A stretch of DNA of 63,663 bases, the filler included, from Platydemus manokwari (Eukaryota): assembly GCA_037951405.1 (NCBI GenBank). It is 6 parts of 6 records of this genome, joined end to end, with 100 filler letters (N's around TTAATTAATTAA, not from the genome) between each part and the next. Parts side by side here need not be neighbours in the genome. Positions count along the whole stretch, not along the records: positions 1 to 11,671 come from JBBMOY010533330.1; 5 more parts are not named here. One strand, given 5' to 3'. The notes under the pieces are model-generated. The model was not told the origin of the DNA and made no database searches. It saw only the letters and a list, made by a program, of their open reading frames with translations. A program made the position numbers and the translations under genes. Position 1 is the stretch's first letter, and each line of letters begins with the position of its first letter. Shown here piece by piece: positions 1 to 11,771 of this stretch.

Positions 1-1549
1 TAAATTTATTCATTGAAATACAAATTTTAACTCATTTTTGTAAAAGCCGGAATCATACTAATACACCTAATAATAATTCTGACTGAATTATTTATCAATG
101 TATAATTGAAACTAAGGTTTATGACATTGAAATAATTTTCGATTTGTAGAGCTCTTGTTTCAAAATTTAAAATGAGTTTTGCTAGCATTAATATCCAATG
201 CTGATACCATTACAACTTTATTTTATATGTTTTTCTCTTGTATCTATTTAAAAGATCTATTCTATTCAATAAGACATTTACTACGGCATTAATCAATGCT
301 CAAGTTAATAGACTATTTGCGATAATGTAATCATAAAACACATCTGCTTTATGGTGTTTATATTCCACTTCCGTTTCATTTCTTTATCCCTATTTCTGTA
401 TACAACCATTTGACTACATTTGACTGCAACTCTGTGGTCCGGTGACTTGTTATTGGGAATCTACACTTCTATATAAAATTTATTTAACTATATTTATTTT
501 TGTATTTTTTGGGTAAATTTAGATTAACGTGTGTTACCGTGTGCTTTTTTACATATTGGATATATCTCGATATCAATTGTGATATTTGCTTCTATTTGAC
601 ACATGTTTAGTTTGGGATTTTATATTTCCTTGCTGTTCTTATAAGAGCTGTGGAATTTTTCTATAAATATCCAATAATTGCAAACAAATCTCTATTAAAG
701 TGATTCATCAAATATTTAAATTCTCGTAAGATGAGAAATAATCAAACATCATATTCGACTTATTCAAGTTAAAAAAAAGTTTCTAGGATATCAGTAAACG
801 ATTCTATTTTTATTCCAACCTTCAAATGACACAATGTCGTATTCATTATCCACACAGGATTGACATAAGGAATGACATATTTCTGAAAGATTTTGTTATA
901 GAAAATCACTATTGTCAAATGACTGAAACGTGACAATGAAAAATTCTATGAATGTTTCAGTTTATAAAATTCAAGGGCTGGGATGAAAACTTGACACACA
1001 TTACTCTGTATTACTAATTAACATTTTTTTGGAATCGTATATGAACGTTACTTTAAAAATTTTACTTGTTGTTAAGACTTAAAAGGTATTTCCTTTCATA
1101 GTTTGAACGGCAATCATGCTTGTCAATTTATTCACCGTTAAGGCGACGTGTATTATCTCACACAACCTTATTGTGTAAAGATAATGGGTGTAGCAAAAGT
1201 GATATATCTTATCTATCAGTCTCAATGTAATCTATTTTAATTTCTAAATGCGCTGACACCAATGATTATAAGTAATAATTTATGATCCCTATTACTACAA
1301 ATGTTTATTAATATTTAACACCGATACAAATTGGTTAATAAGTAAAATAATAATAAAATAATTACAAATGGATTTTGATATCATACTATACATCAAATTA
1401 TAACGAACTTTAATAACTCTTGATTTAAGAAGCGGTGAATAAACCCTCTCTGGTGGAACAAAACCAGTTACATTTCAAGGCAATTGAGTTAAAACTCCAT
1501 AATAAGCGATAAACGACACAATATATAATATAGAATAGTTTTTTACAAG

Positions 1550-2463
1550 ATTGCATTTTCATGTAGGGTCTTCCAGTAAAATACTGGGCATATAGGAAAT
1601 CCTGATCTTCGACACTACATGGTCTTCTTTCGCGCTGTTCTTGAATGTCAAAATAATGTGTCCTATCCACAATTGTAATAACGTGTAACTCTGTCTTCAA
1701 TAATATGTTAAAGTAGCAGTGTTGATTATTGCAGTTATTCTCTGCGATTAAACTTAATGGCGGTGTACTTACTGCTTTAAAATCTATGATTCGTTTTGAA
1801 TATCAATTATAACATAACATCTTTAATGATTAAATCTAACGAATATCAAAATAATAATGAACTATCTACCACTATTCTGTCCAAGTAGAAATACGAATTC
1901 TCAAATGTTTCGTTTGTGTTTTATGTTTGAGAGAATACTTTTCGTCGAATAATAATTTATACAACATTTTAAACTGACGAGGTTTTCTTATAAATCATAT
2001 TTTATTGCCATCTATTCCACGATGTTTTGTCTGTCTTTGCGTTATGAATAAATCTGAATTGAGCATTAGTTATGTCCCCACTAAAAACTACTTTTGACCA
2101 CATTGGACTAATAATTGCTAAGTAGTTGTTATAGCTTTCATTCTTGATAAGTCTAGTTTCATTGGTACGATCGTATAAAACATTGCCGCAGCAGTTTTGG
2201 ATTTACTTGATTTGCTTTGGTTCCACTATGACACTTCTTTTGTAATGGGAACCATTGATTGTAAGGCTTTGTTAAACTCTAAGCTTTATCTCACCGTTGA
2301 TAATTAAGAAAGAAACCGTGGTATATTTTTTTGCGGCATATATAAAGTTATCTTTTATTTTACCCCACCATGTTTTGCTCCTTTCATTTGGTAGAATATA
2401 CAAATCGACTGCTTCCTTAATTGTCACAGTTAGGTTATTCAATCCAGCACTTTTGCTCTCCAA
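1550..2463 (-). pseudogene. Decayed class III (herpesvirus gB-like) envelope glycoprotein remnant
   Basis: Hand translation across stops gives colinear motifs: GDITNAQFRFIHN (~2030-2085; cf. gB ARLQFTYN), ENLVSLKCCINYYSTKSILSNI..FLLGQNSG (~1865-1990; cf. gB central helix AWCELQN..) and CYFNILLK..RRPCSVEDQDFLY (~1590-1720; cf. gB CYSRP..EPCTVGHRRYF). It lies downstream of a Gypsy pol on the same strand. Confidence 0.5.
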
Positions 2464-2479
2464 TTCTTACGTTATTTTC

Positions 2480-3079
2480 ATAGAATAGTTGTGAAAACTT
2501 TATAGCTGCAGTCGAGGAGCTGTGTTGATGTTAGTGGGCCTCTTTAATGTATTTCGGAAGCATCAAAGTTGTATATGTTTTCCATTCCTTTGGGATTTCT
2601 TGGTTATCTTGACATTTTATGAAAATCTGGTGTATGATTTTTGTCTCTGGTACTGCATTTAGAGTATCTTTATAATTGATCTTGTTTTTTCCATGTACAT
2701 TTGGGTCCTTTTTCAAATGGCTTGCTTAAATTATTTTTGGTACTTTTCAGTTGAAACTCCTTTTAGTAACTCACTTTATTAAACAATCTGGAAGATCAGT
2801 ATTTTGGTTCTTTTTTTCCTCGAAACGTTTTTCGAAGTCTTTTTGAGTAAGTTGACAGTCAACTTTTGTGTATTGAGTGGCTAATTCAAAGGAAATATAT
2901 GGACATTGGCTAAACGGCCTCCTTAATTTCAAGTCAGTTTCGCCTCTTTTTTCATCATTGGCTCTACCCAAGTATGAGTTACTTGGTGATTTAGTTTTGC
3001 AGGCATAGCTATATAACATATGGATATAATGAGGATATGGTTTCCATCGATTTATAAAGCTGGAAGAAATATCGGCCAA
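2480..3079 (-). mobile_element. Non-LTR (LINE, R2/RTE-like) reverse transcriptase fragment, decayed
   Basis: KKDPNVHGKNKINYKD resembles the SAPGPDGI motif. It is followed by IPKEWKTYTTLMLPK and, after a frameshift, LLDCSYKVFTTIL, matching LINE RT domains 0-2. Confidence 0.6.
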
Positions 3080-3214
3080 TCCAGCACTGTGATCAAATCT
3101 TTATCAAATGCTCTTTCAAAAGAGTCTCGAATCGCCTATGAAAACATTCTCTATCACTCAATTAATGGTGTGACTCACAGATTTATTGTGGCTTTGAATA
3201 TTATGACATATGAG

Positions 3215-3580
3215 AGAAAAAGGAGCTATGGTATATTTGGGTGACATATTAATATTTTCTAAAACGATAGAAGAACACTACGAAATACTGGAAGAAGCAA
3301 TAAAAAGAAATGTAAAATAATGAGAAAAGAAATTAAGTTCCTGGGTCATATCGTAAATGAAGAAAGTATCAAGACAGACCCAAGTAAGATTGAAGCAATA
3401 GAAAAATTTGAAAGACCAAAATGTATAAAAAACCTACGAAACTTTCTTGGAATTTGTGGATATTACAGGAGATTTATAAAGAAATACTCAAAAAAATCAA
3501 GAGCATTAGAAGAATGATGTGGTAAAAATAATAAAAAAACTCATTTGGAATGAAGAAGCAAAGCATTTGAAGAGATAAAA
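3215..3580 (+). mobile_element. Inverted C-terminal half of Ty3/Gypsy RT
   Basis: GAMVYLGDILIFSK (YxDD mutated to YLGD), then KEIKFLGHIV..IKTDPSKIEAI..LRNFLGICGYYRRFIK. These are typical Gypsy RT palm/thumb motifs, here on the + strand. Confidence 0.85.
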
Positions 3581-4620
3581 TAATAATATTTTTGTCATGA
3601 ATTCTTGAAATGTTCCTGGTGCTGCTGCGATCCCAAACGGCATCCGTGTAAAACAGTATTGCCCCTCTTTCGTCGAGAATGCTGTTTTTTCTTGTGATTC
3701 TTTGTCAATCTCTACCTGATAATATACATTTCCCAAAGTCTACCGATGTGAAATACTCAGATCCGTGTAGAGTGTCTAATAGTTCTTCCATATTTGGCAT
3801 GGGAAATGCTTGTCTCTCCGTTATTAAGTTTAGTTGACGAAAATCAAGACATAATCTTATATCCTTTCTATTTTTTTTCAATATGCATACGGTGAATTGC
3901 ATTGTTTATAATGTTGTTTTCTCTTAAATTCTTGATTGCCTCTTCTATCTTTCCTTCTAAATTTGCTGGTTATCTTTTTTGCTAGTTTAATATTTATGAG
4001 ACTCCCATTTGTTACAATCTTATGTTTTACTAATTTTGTACAACCAATATCCCAATGATGTGCCATAAATACATTACTATTCGCTTTTAATATTTCCCAT
4101 AGACGAGATCCTTTTTTCACCACAAGACATTCTTTTATTTTCTTGAATCTATCTTCATCGGTTATAATCCTATATAGTATCGCTGTTATCACACAGATTG
4201 AGGTGTTTAGTGCTGTTTCTTTTTGCTGAGACTTCTTTTTCCGTTGTAACTCTATTCCGCCTATAATCTTCGGTTTCATGTGCTCAACTATTATGAATGA
4301 TATCATCTTGGACTGACTTCCTACCTTGACATTTATTCTTATTCTACCAACAACCTCTAATCTACTGTCATTGGCACATCGTAAACTTTCACTTGTATAT
4401 TCGGTTTCTACTTGTTTTAGTGTCTCTAATATCGTCTTATTCATGACATTTACTCTTGTATCAGTGTCTAGAAAGTATTTAAATTCTTTATTATCTATTT
4501 TAATAGTTGTGCTTGGTTCCCTTGCATTTTATCATAAGAAATCTAGGGAAGCTTTAACTCCTTTATCGTTAATATTCTTGCTTCTTTCTGGTCTTCCAAT
4601 TTCCCTATAACTTTGTCAAT
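3581..4620 (-). mobile_element. Ty3/Gypsy pol remnant (protease and N-terminal RT), frameshifted
   Basis: FLDTDTRVN (degenerate aspartic protease site), WDIGCTKLVKHKI, RLCLDFRQLN, YYQVEIDKESQEKTAFSTKEGQYCFTRMPFGIAAAPGTFQ, spread over three frames. Confidence 0.9.
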
Positions 4621-5239
4621 CATTTCTTTCTTTATAAATTTTACTACTTTCCATTGTACTCTTTTAATGATTCTATATCATTCTTCCTACAGTTTACAAT
4701 TTGTTTTAGCGTTTTACGGTTTTTTATTTGATCCAATACCTCAATGTGTATCGTTTTAATTTAGTTATCTAATTCCACATCATCTGCATAGAAGATAGCA
4801 TATAAGTCATATTGATTTTCAAATTATCGCATGTGTTATCCAATGATTATTGAGTAATGGAACAAAACATATTTTGATATCAAAATCAAATATCAAGATA
4901 TTTAAAATGTGTCTTGGGCGGATTTGTATTATTTTGATATGATCCAGATTTAGACGTGTGTGTTAATTTAATCGAAGTGAAGGTCCAGTCAACAGATATA
5001 ACTGAAATCAAGAAATCCGGAACAACTGTGTAAAATACCAACTGATATCCGGAAATGTCAAAATATTATTGAGAATGAATGAATAAGCTTAAAGATAAAA
5101 TTTATATTAAAAATGTGAGTGATGTAGCTGGACATATAGAGTTCTGGAGATATCATGATGAGAAATCATTGGTATTTTATAAAATCTAACGTTACGAGTT
5201 TAGAAATAATTTAATTTAATCAAAAGTATATCCGTCCAT

Positions 5240-5495
5240 GCCTTAGTAGCAATCATGCTTGTCACTTTATTTGTATATTTTATATATTCTTAGTTGAATC
5301 CACTACAGAGATTTTCAAGCGTTTTGGGATGAAAAGGTGACACAAATTATTCTCTCTTGCCAACTAGCATTTTTGTAAATCATTTATAGCCAAAAGATAT
5401 ATCATTTAATAGTTATACGGCCAGCATCCTTGTCAATTTATTTGCCTTTATATGTTTAATATATTTCCAGTTGGATCTAAACTAGAGAATTATGT
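5240..5495. repeat. Degenerate ~170-bp tandem repeat, with a third related copy at ~975-1135
   Basis: GCAATCATGCTTGTCA(C/A)TTTATT occurs at ~5249 and ~1110, with a variant at ~5420. GGGATGAAAA..TGACACA occurs at ~5326 and ~980. Confidence 0.55.
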
Positions 5496-6115
5496 CAAAT
5501 CATTCAAAAGAAATTCATAGATATTGATAGACGTAAATTTATGAGTGCATTAGCAAATATATGTAAGCAATGGATAATTAAAAATAAATAAACTCCGTCT
5601 TACATACATGTTTTTAATCGATACTAATTTTGATAAAAGTACCTTTGCCAATAGTTATTAAAATAGTTAATTTGATTCATACCGGAGACGATTAAAATAA
5701 ATAAATGAATAAATTTTTAACATTATTTTGAATGCTTAAGAAAGATATTTCATTTAAAATTAAAATTTTGTAAGTTATAATGCTTGTTGCCATAAGTTAC
5801 CGATTTGTTTTAATAAGGCAATTTCATGATTATTATAAACATCTATATTCATATTAATTGATTTTATTAGAGGAAATTATCAAATTTATACTTTTATATT
5901 TGAACAATACATGTATTTTTTCACACGCTAATTAATTATTATTTTATTTAAATTGCTTATCAGATAATTATAAATTTAAATTTATCAATAGATTATTGCA
6001 AAAATATTTTGTCTTAAAAAATTCATCAAATCAATTGATATATTTTTAATCATTGGTTTCAAATTGGTTCATTATAATGATTATCTTTGTGATGAATTTT
6101 AGATTGAAAATTAAA

Positions 6116-7729
6116 ATGGAAAGAAATAAATTCGAAAATATGTGGCACATAATGAAACAATATGATCTCGAATTTGTCCAAGAAATAACTGCTGATTGTA
6201 TTTGCAAAATTTGCAATAAAATATTGATTAATTCTTACATTGGACCTTGTGGTTGTCGATATTGTAAAGTGTGTATAGAAGATTATCTGAAAGACAATCA
6301 AAAAAATTGCCCAGGAGATTCAGAATTTTGCAAGGATGACATAGTAAAAATCGACGATAACATAAATATTGATCTTCCAACCAATAATAAAGTAGCGAGA
6401 CTTCAAGTGAAATGTCCAATGCCAAATTGCTTGACAAAAATGACATTAAAAGTGGTTGAAAATCATTTATCAATTTGTAATAAAAAACCAGTGTGTTGTC
6501 CATATAAACTGATTGGATGTGAGAATGATAAATTATTGATTGATAAAATTGGTGAGCATCTTTTATCAGATATTTATTCTCACACAAAATTATTGATGAA
6601 GTTTAAAAACAAAATTCAAAATAAAAAGAAATTAACAAAAAGAGATTTCAATAATTTGAAATTGAAAAATATCGATTTAAAAGAACAAATGAAAATCAAT
6701 CAGGGAGAAACAAATGTAAAATACTTTTATGATGAATACTGTTTATTATTGATTATTTCAGAAAATTATTGGAGATTTGCAGAAACGTGAAGAGAGCAAT
6801 TCAATTAAAATAGAAAAATTGAATGAAGAAATGGTTTATTGGAAAAATGAAAACAAAGATTTGACATCAGAGCTAGAAAGTGTAAGCAATGAAGTGGATG
6901 AACACGTAAGACATAAAGTTAAATAATCGATTGAATTTTTATATTGGTTTTTAGATTTCAGAATTAATCTTAAAAATCGACAAGCAACAAGAAGACATCA
7001 ATCAATTCAAGAAACAAATTCAGGCGATGGAAGAAAAATATAAAAATCACAATGTTAATTTTATAATTAATCAATAATTTAATATTATTTTTTTTTGATC
7101 AGGAAGTCGAGAATAAATTGAATGAGTTCTTACAGAGCAGTGGTAAAATGGAAACAAAAACCTTAGAAACAAATCGATCTATTGATGAGATGAAAAATAA
7201 AATCAACAATTTGACAAATCAGTCTAGTGAGTTGCAACAAATGTTTGACAGAACGAGATGCGAGGAATTTATTTGGAAAATCGACGATTGGTCATACAAA
7301 AGAAGAAATGCACAATATGGCATTGATGAATTCATTCAAAGTGATTGTTTCTACTCTCATAGAAACGGTTACAAAATGTTTCTGCAAGTGTATCCAAATG
7401 GTCACAGCAATGGAAAAGGAACTCATTTATCGATTTATATTTGCATCATGCAGGGGCCTTTCGATAATGTTCTCGAATGGCCTTTCAAACACGATATCGA
7501 GTTGTCCCTAATCAATCAATACACTGGCCTCGCTCATCAAACAGGTACACTGAATTATTCCGATAGTCCCAACAGCACAGTATGGATGAAACCAAAAAGC
7601 AAGATGAATGAGGGATATGGTTTCCCTCAATTTATAAAGCTAACAGAAATATCGAAAAATCGTGCACTCTGCCTGAATTATAAAATTTTCTTAAAATGTT
7701 CCATCAAAAGAGTTTCGAATCGCCAATGA
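6116..7729 (+). CDS. TNF receptor-associated factor (TRAF) family protein: RING, TRAF zinc finger, coiled coil, MATH; ~489 aa
   Basis: Exons 6116-6715, 6762-6905, 6955-7053 and 7103-7729 are joined by 46-49 nt phase-0 GT-AG introns with no stops. RING CKIC..CGCRYCKVC..CP, zinc finger CPMPNC..H..C, MATH FIWKI..FYSHRNGYKMFLQVYPNG..HLSIY..LEWPF..GYGFPQFI. Confidence 0.93.
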
Positions 7730-9499
7730 AAACATTCTCAATCAATTGTTACTTACGGATTTCTTGATCAACTGATGAACTGAATAAATTACTTTATCGA
7801 TTGGTGATTTATCTGTTTTATTTGGATTTCATTGATTAGATATTTAAAAATCTCTAAACAAATTCCAATAAATTATAACGGAGAAAAATTATGATTTCTT
7901 AGAATCGATAATTGATTTGAAATGTTCTCCAACTTATCTAAAATAATTTATTTCAGTTTCAGTAAAATGTTACTATGGAGACCTTTGATTATAACGTTTC
8001 GTCAATCACTTCAAGATGTAGACGTTAAAAATAAATTTCAAAATTATGAAATTGAAAATATCAAAATCACGATATCTTTCTCAGATCTAATATGCTGAAA
8101 ACAATAGGCTAAATTAACAAGTTCATGTAAATTATAAAAATAGAATTCAAGATACAAGTAGAAACATTAATTTAAAATAGCCCGTTATGCACTCTAATTT
8201 AGATTTCCAACATGTGATAATTTTGAAAATAAGTCATAAATTTTAATGATTTTCAAATGGATTTATTAATCTTTAGTTTTGACAAGAAATGAAAATCTTT
8301 TCTTTAGCTGTCTATTACAAATTGTAAACATAGTTTTTGAGTTATTTTTCAATAAACTAGCCATTCAAATTTAAATTAGCAACAACAGCAATGACTACCA
8401 ATGATCGGCTCAGTGAAAGCAGGGTCTGCTACAATTTTGCTTTCTTCTTTCACTCACTTACATATTGATATTTTCTAACGTTTAAGTGTATAGATGTAGT
8501 TTTTAAATCATCATTGTATAAAAGTAGTAATTTATATAATTTTCTATTACACAGTAGTTGTCTAAAAGTAGCAATGTGTACAAGTGCCTGCAATAAACAT
8601 TTTGGATCAAAAACGAGTTTCTTTTCAATTCAGATAGTTGCCCATGAAGCTCTTGATTTCATAATCAATAAGTTCATTATCATTGACCACCTTTTTGGTA
8701 ATAATTTAAGATTAAAGTTAGCAAGACAGAGTTATAAAATAGTAGTATAAATAGTTGAGACAGTGATAGAGGCATTACACAAGTTTAAATTGAATAAATC
8801 GATATTTGGTCTATTTGGTCTCCGGTAAACCATCTCCATAGTCATCAATAACTATCGGGTTGAGCATTTCGTTGTTTATGTAGCTCTGATTATCGAATAT
8901 CTTTGATCTAATTTGTTGTTTTTTCAGCATATCGGTATAGCTTGAGTGATTATCTTTAGACTTCGATCTCCGCCGTTCGCAGTTTGGTTGATGCTAGTTC
9001 AGGTGACAATTTAGGGCTTAAATGAGGTCTCTGATTAATTCCCTCGCATATTCTTGCCAATTCTTGAAGTTTTTAAGATTTCGAAAATTTTATGCTCTCG
9101 GATGACGTTTTTCTAAACTCAGATCAAGTTTATATGAGTAATCTTGGGGACTGGAGGTATAGAACTTGTACAATCTTCGTGATTGCTTTGCGTTCCGAAA
9201 AGTTTGGTTAAGGTAAGTTCGCGCCAGGTAAGTTCAGATTTATTTTCTTTTTTCCATCCCAAAAAGGATCAAGATTTTGGAAAAATCAAGTGTTTAATTA
9301 TCTCCTGGGACTAGAGTCATTAGGCCTGTCGTCCTGTTGAAAATACTCATATTGGAAATCTCTCAGTGAGTAGATTAAATCGTTAATCAATTGCAAAAAC
9401 ATATAACTTGAAATATTTCAACGTCTATTTTGGATAATAAGAATAAAATTTCATATATATTACATGACGCAGTACAACTGAAATATTTTAATAATTGTA

Positions 9500-11070
9500 A
9501 ACTTTTAAATAAACTGGGAAGGTTGGCCTTCTAAATAATTTCCATTTATCACTAGAAATTTGGATTTTCACGCACTGTGACCTACCTAATAATAATATCT
9601 TAAAATCATTACGTTTAGACAACGCTCAAATTAATGATCTATCTTCATTCATCATTACTTCACTATTAAGAGACGCCTACGTGACATAATGCGCCCTCTC
9701 GTGAAGATAGACCTAAAATAAAACGTGTCCTTACATAGTAAATTAACTTAAAAACTTTGATATCATCACATTTTATCATCATATCATTAATTCTAAATAA
9801 AATTAATTCTCTAATTTATAATTTATCATCAAATTTAGTATTCATCAACTTAAAATTTATCATTTATTATCAAGAATTTATCAATTTTTAAAACGTTAAA
9901 TCTTCTCGTATCTATACTTTTTAAATAAATTCACCAAAATACTACTTCATCATATCAATAAATTCATATCATCATCACATCTCAATCATCTATCCACACA
10001 ATCTTATCATCAAATCTTTCATCCCATAATTCATGATAACAATCAATTCACTAATTCACATTATTTTGATTACTTTTGGAATCATCACAACTAAAATCTT
10101 TACATTAATTAAAATATCACAATTAAATAACTTTTAAAATTTCCCCAACTAATCGAACATCATCATCTTCTAATTAATTTTTTAAAGTTTAAATCATTTC
10201 ATCATTAACTTAATACTTAGCACATAAGCTTATAATACCTACATCAATAATTTATTTAATAAGCTTTCATCATTCAATCACTATCGTCATTCTTAACTTA
10301 TCAATGTTCTCTTCAATATCATTTTCAGAACTATTATCATTTAATTCATCAATTACTCATAAAACATTTCATAGAAATTTGCATATATTTGCTTGCTTCA
10401 TAAATTTTATCGCTAAAAATAGAATTTACTAAAACAAATATTTCAATATTATATTGATTTCTCAATTTATAATTTTTAATCTTTAACTTTTAATTAATTA
10501 AAATAACTTGCATACAATTATTTAGTTAGCCTCAGGAAGATACATTCACATGCAACTCAAACATATTGAAACAATAACACAACCATAACGAGGATTCCAC
10601 CAATACTATCTGCAAAACTTATTCATAACATTCTTATACAATCTCAAAAAGATTCACATATAAAACACTAAGCATAATCAATAACAAACTGCTAGCAACT
10701 TCATAACCCACATATAATTTCACTGGAATTCAGTGAGAATTATTAAATAACATAAAGACATTCTGGAAAAGATCATTTGAAAAATTTCAACAATTTATTC
10801 AAAACAATTCATATCTACAACATTATACCGACAAAAGATCAACTTAAATGTATACTAAAATTAATAAAGATATTCACACTCACACAAGCTACTAACTCGA
10901 CATCACACTAGTAAATGCAATTAAATTTGAAAACTGCTGGCTATCATTCATATGACTTTCTTAAAAACATACTCAAACACAAATTTAAAATTTAATAATT
11001 AATTCTAAATCATTTAATTAAATAATGGCTTAGATAGTGATCATCATAAAACCAATAACAATAAAATCAT
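9500..11070 (+). mobile_element. Strongly G-depleted tract, possibly a highly decayed Penelope-like retroelement
   Basis: Extreme C>>G skew. Weak traces NFLKFKSFHH and LINVLFNIIFR (cf. PLE YLNFNSFHP..LIKTLFNRA) and TCNS..HIETITQP (cf. GIY-YIG YIGET). Confidence 0.3.
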
Positions 11071-11671
11071 CATTTTTGTTGGGGTTTTATATAGATAGAT
11101 TAAATTGAATTAAAATTTTGATGTTATTCGATTATAAATAATACAGCTGCAGACGGTTTTTATTACAATCTTTATGATGAAAGTTGCGATGTTATTTCAC
11201 AACAGAATCCATTTCTTTTAGATACGTAAAAAGTGTTAATTTAACTCTCTATATTAATGATATTAATTGGAAAATAAATAATTAGGGTGATAATAAACTA
11301 TCCTGATAAATATTATCAAAAAAATATTCTATAAAATAATTCGTTAAAATAAGATTTATTAAGTAGAATAAATCATTTTGTTAATGTTGAAAGGGATCAA
11401 GTGTGTCCAACAAGATGACGAAACACTCCTGTGATAAAAAAGTGAGAAATAAAGTAGGAACCTATCAACATCCTACAGTTTTTAGGTTGCTAAATTGACC
11501 TATACTAATTTTAGTTATGGCTTATATAATAAATTTTTTTTAAATAAATTCATTGTTTTACCTTAATTTTCAGTTTAGGGGACCTTGAGGTCATTTATAT
11601 TGGGTCTATAACTTAATAACCGGAATTTGACACCAGATGTAAACACTTGTGTGTGTGCTGTAGCAAATCAT

Positions 11672-11771
11672 NNNNNNNNNNNNNNNNNNNNNNNNNNNNN
11701 NNNNNNNNNNNNNNNTTAATTAATTAANNNNNNNNNNNNNNNNNNNNNNNNNNNNNNNNNNNNNNNNNNNN
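11672..11771. other. Artificial assembly spacer
   Basis: 44 N + TTAATTAATTAA (stops in all six frames) + 44 N. Confidence 0.98.

Noticed and set aside
8388-8460. Hammerhead-like arrangement CCAATGA..GAAA-GCAG-GGT-CTGC-TA
   Set aside because: The core deviates from CUGANGA and stems I and II pair poorly. At best a dead relic.
9205-9240. Twice-repeated AGGTAAGTTC, considered as a spliced-leader RNA gene
   Set aside because: No AUG-terminated flatworm-type leader or Sm site in context.
11716-11727. Recurrent TTAATTAATTAA palindrome within N runs
   Set aside because: Artificial six-frame-stop linker, identical at all five gaps.
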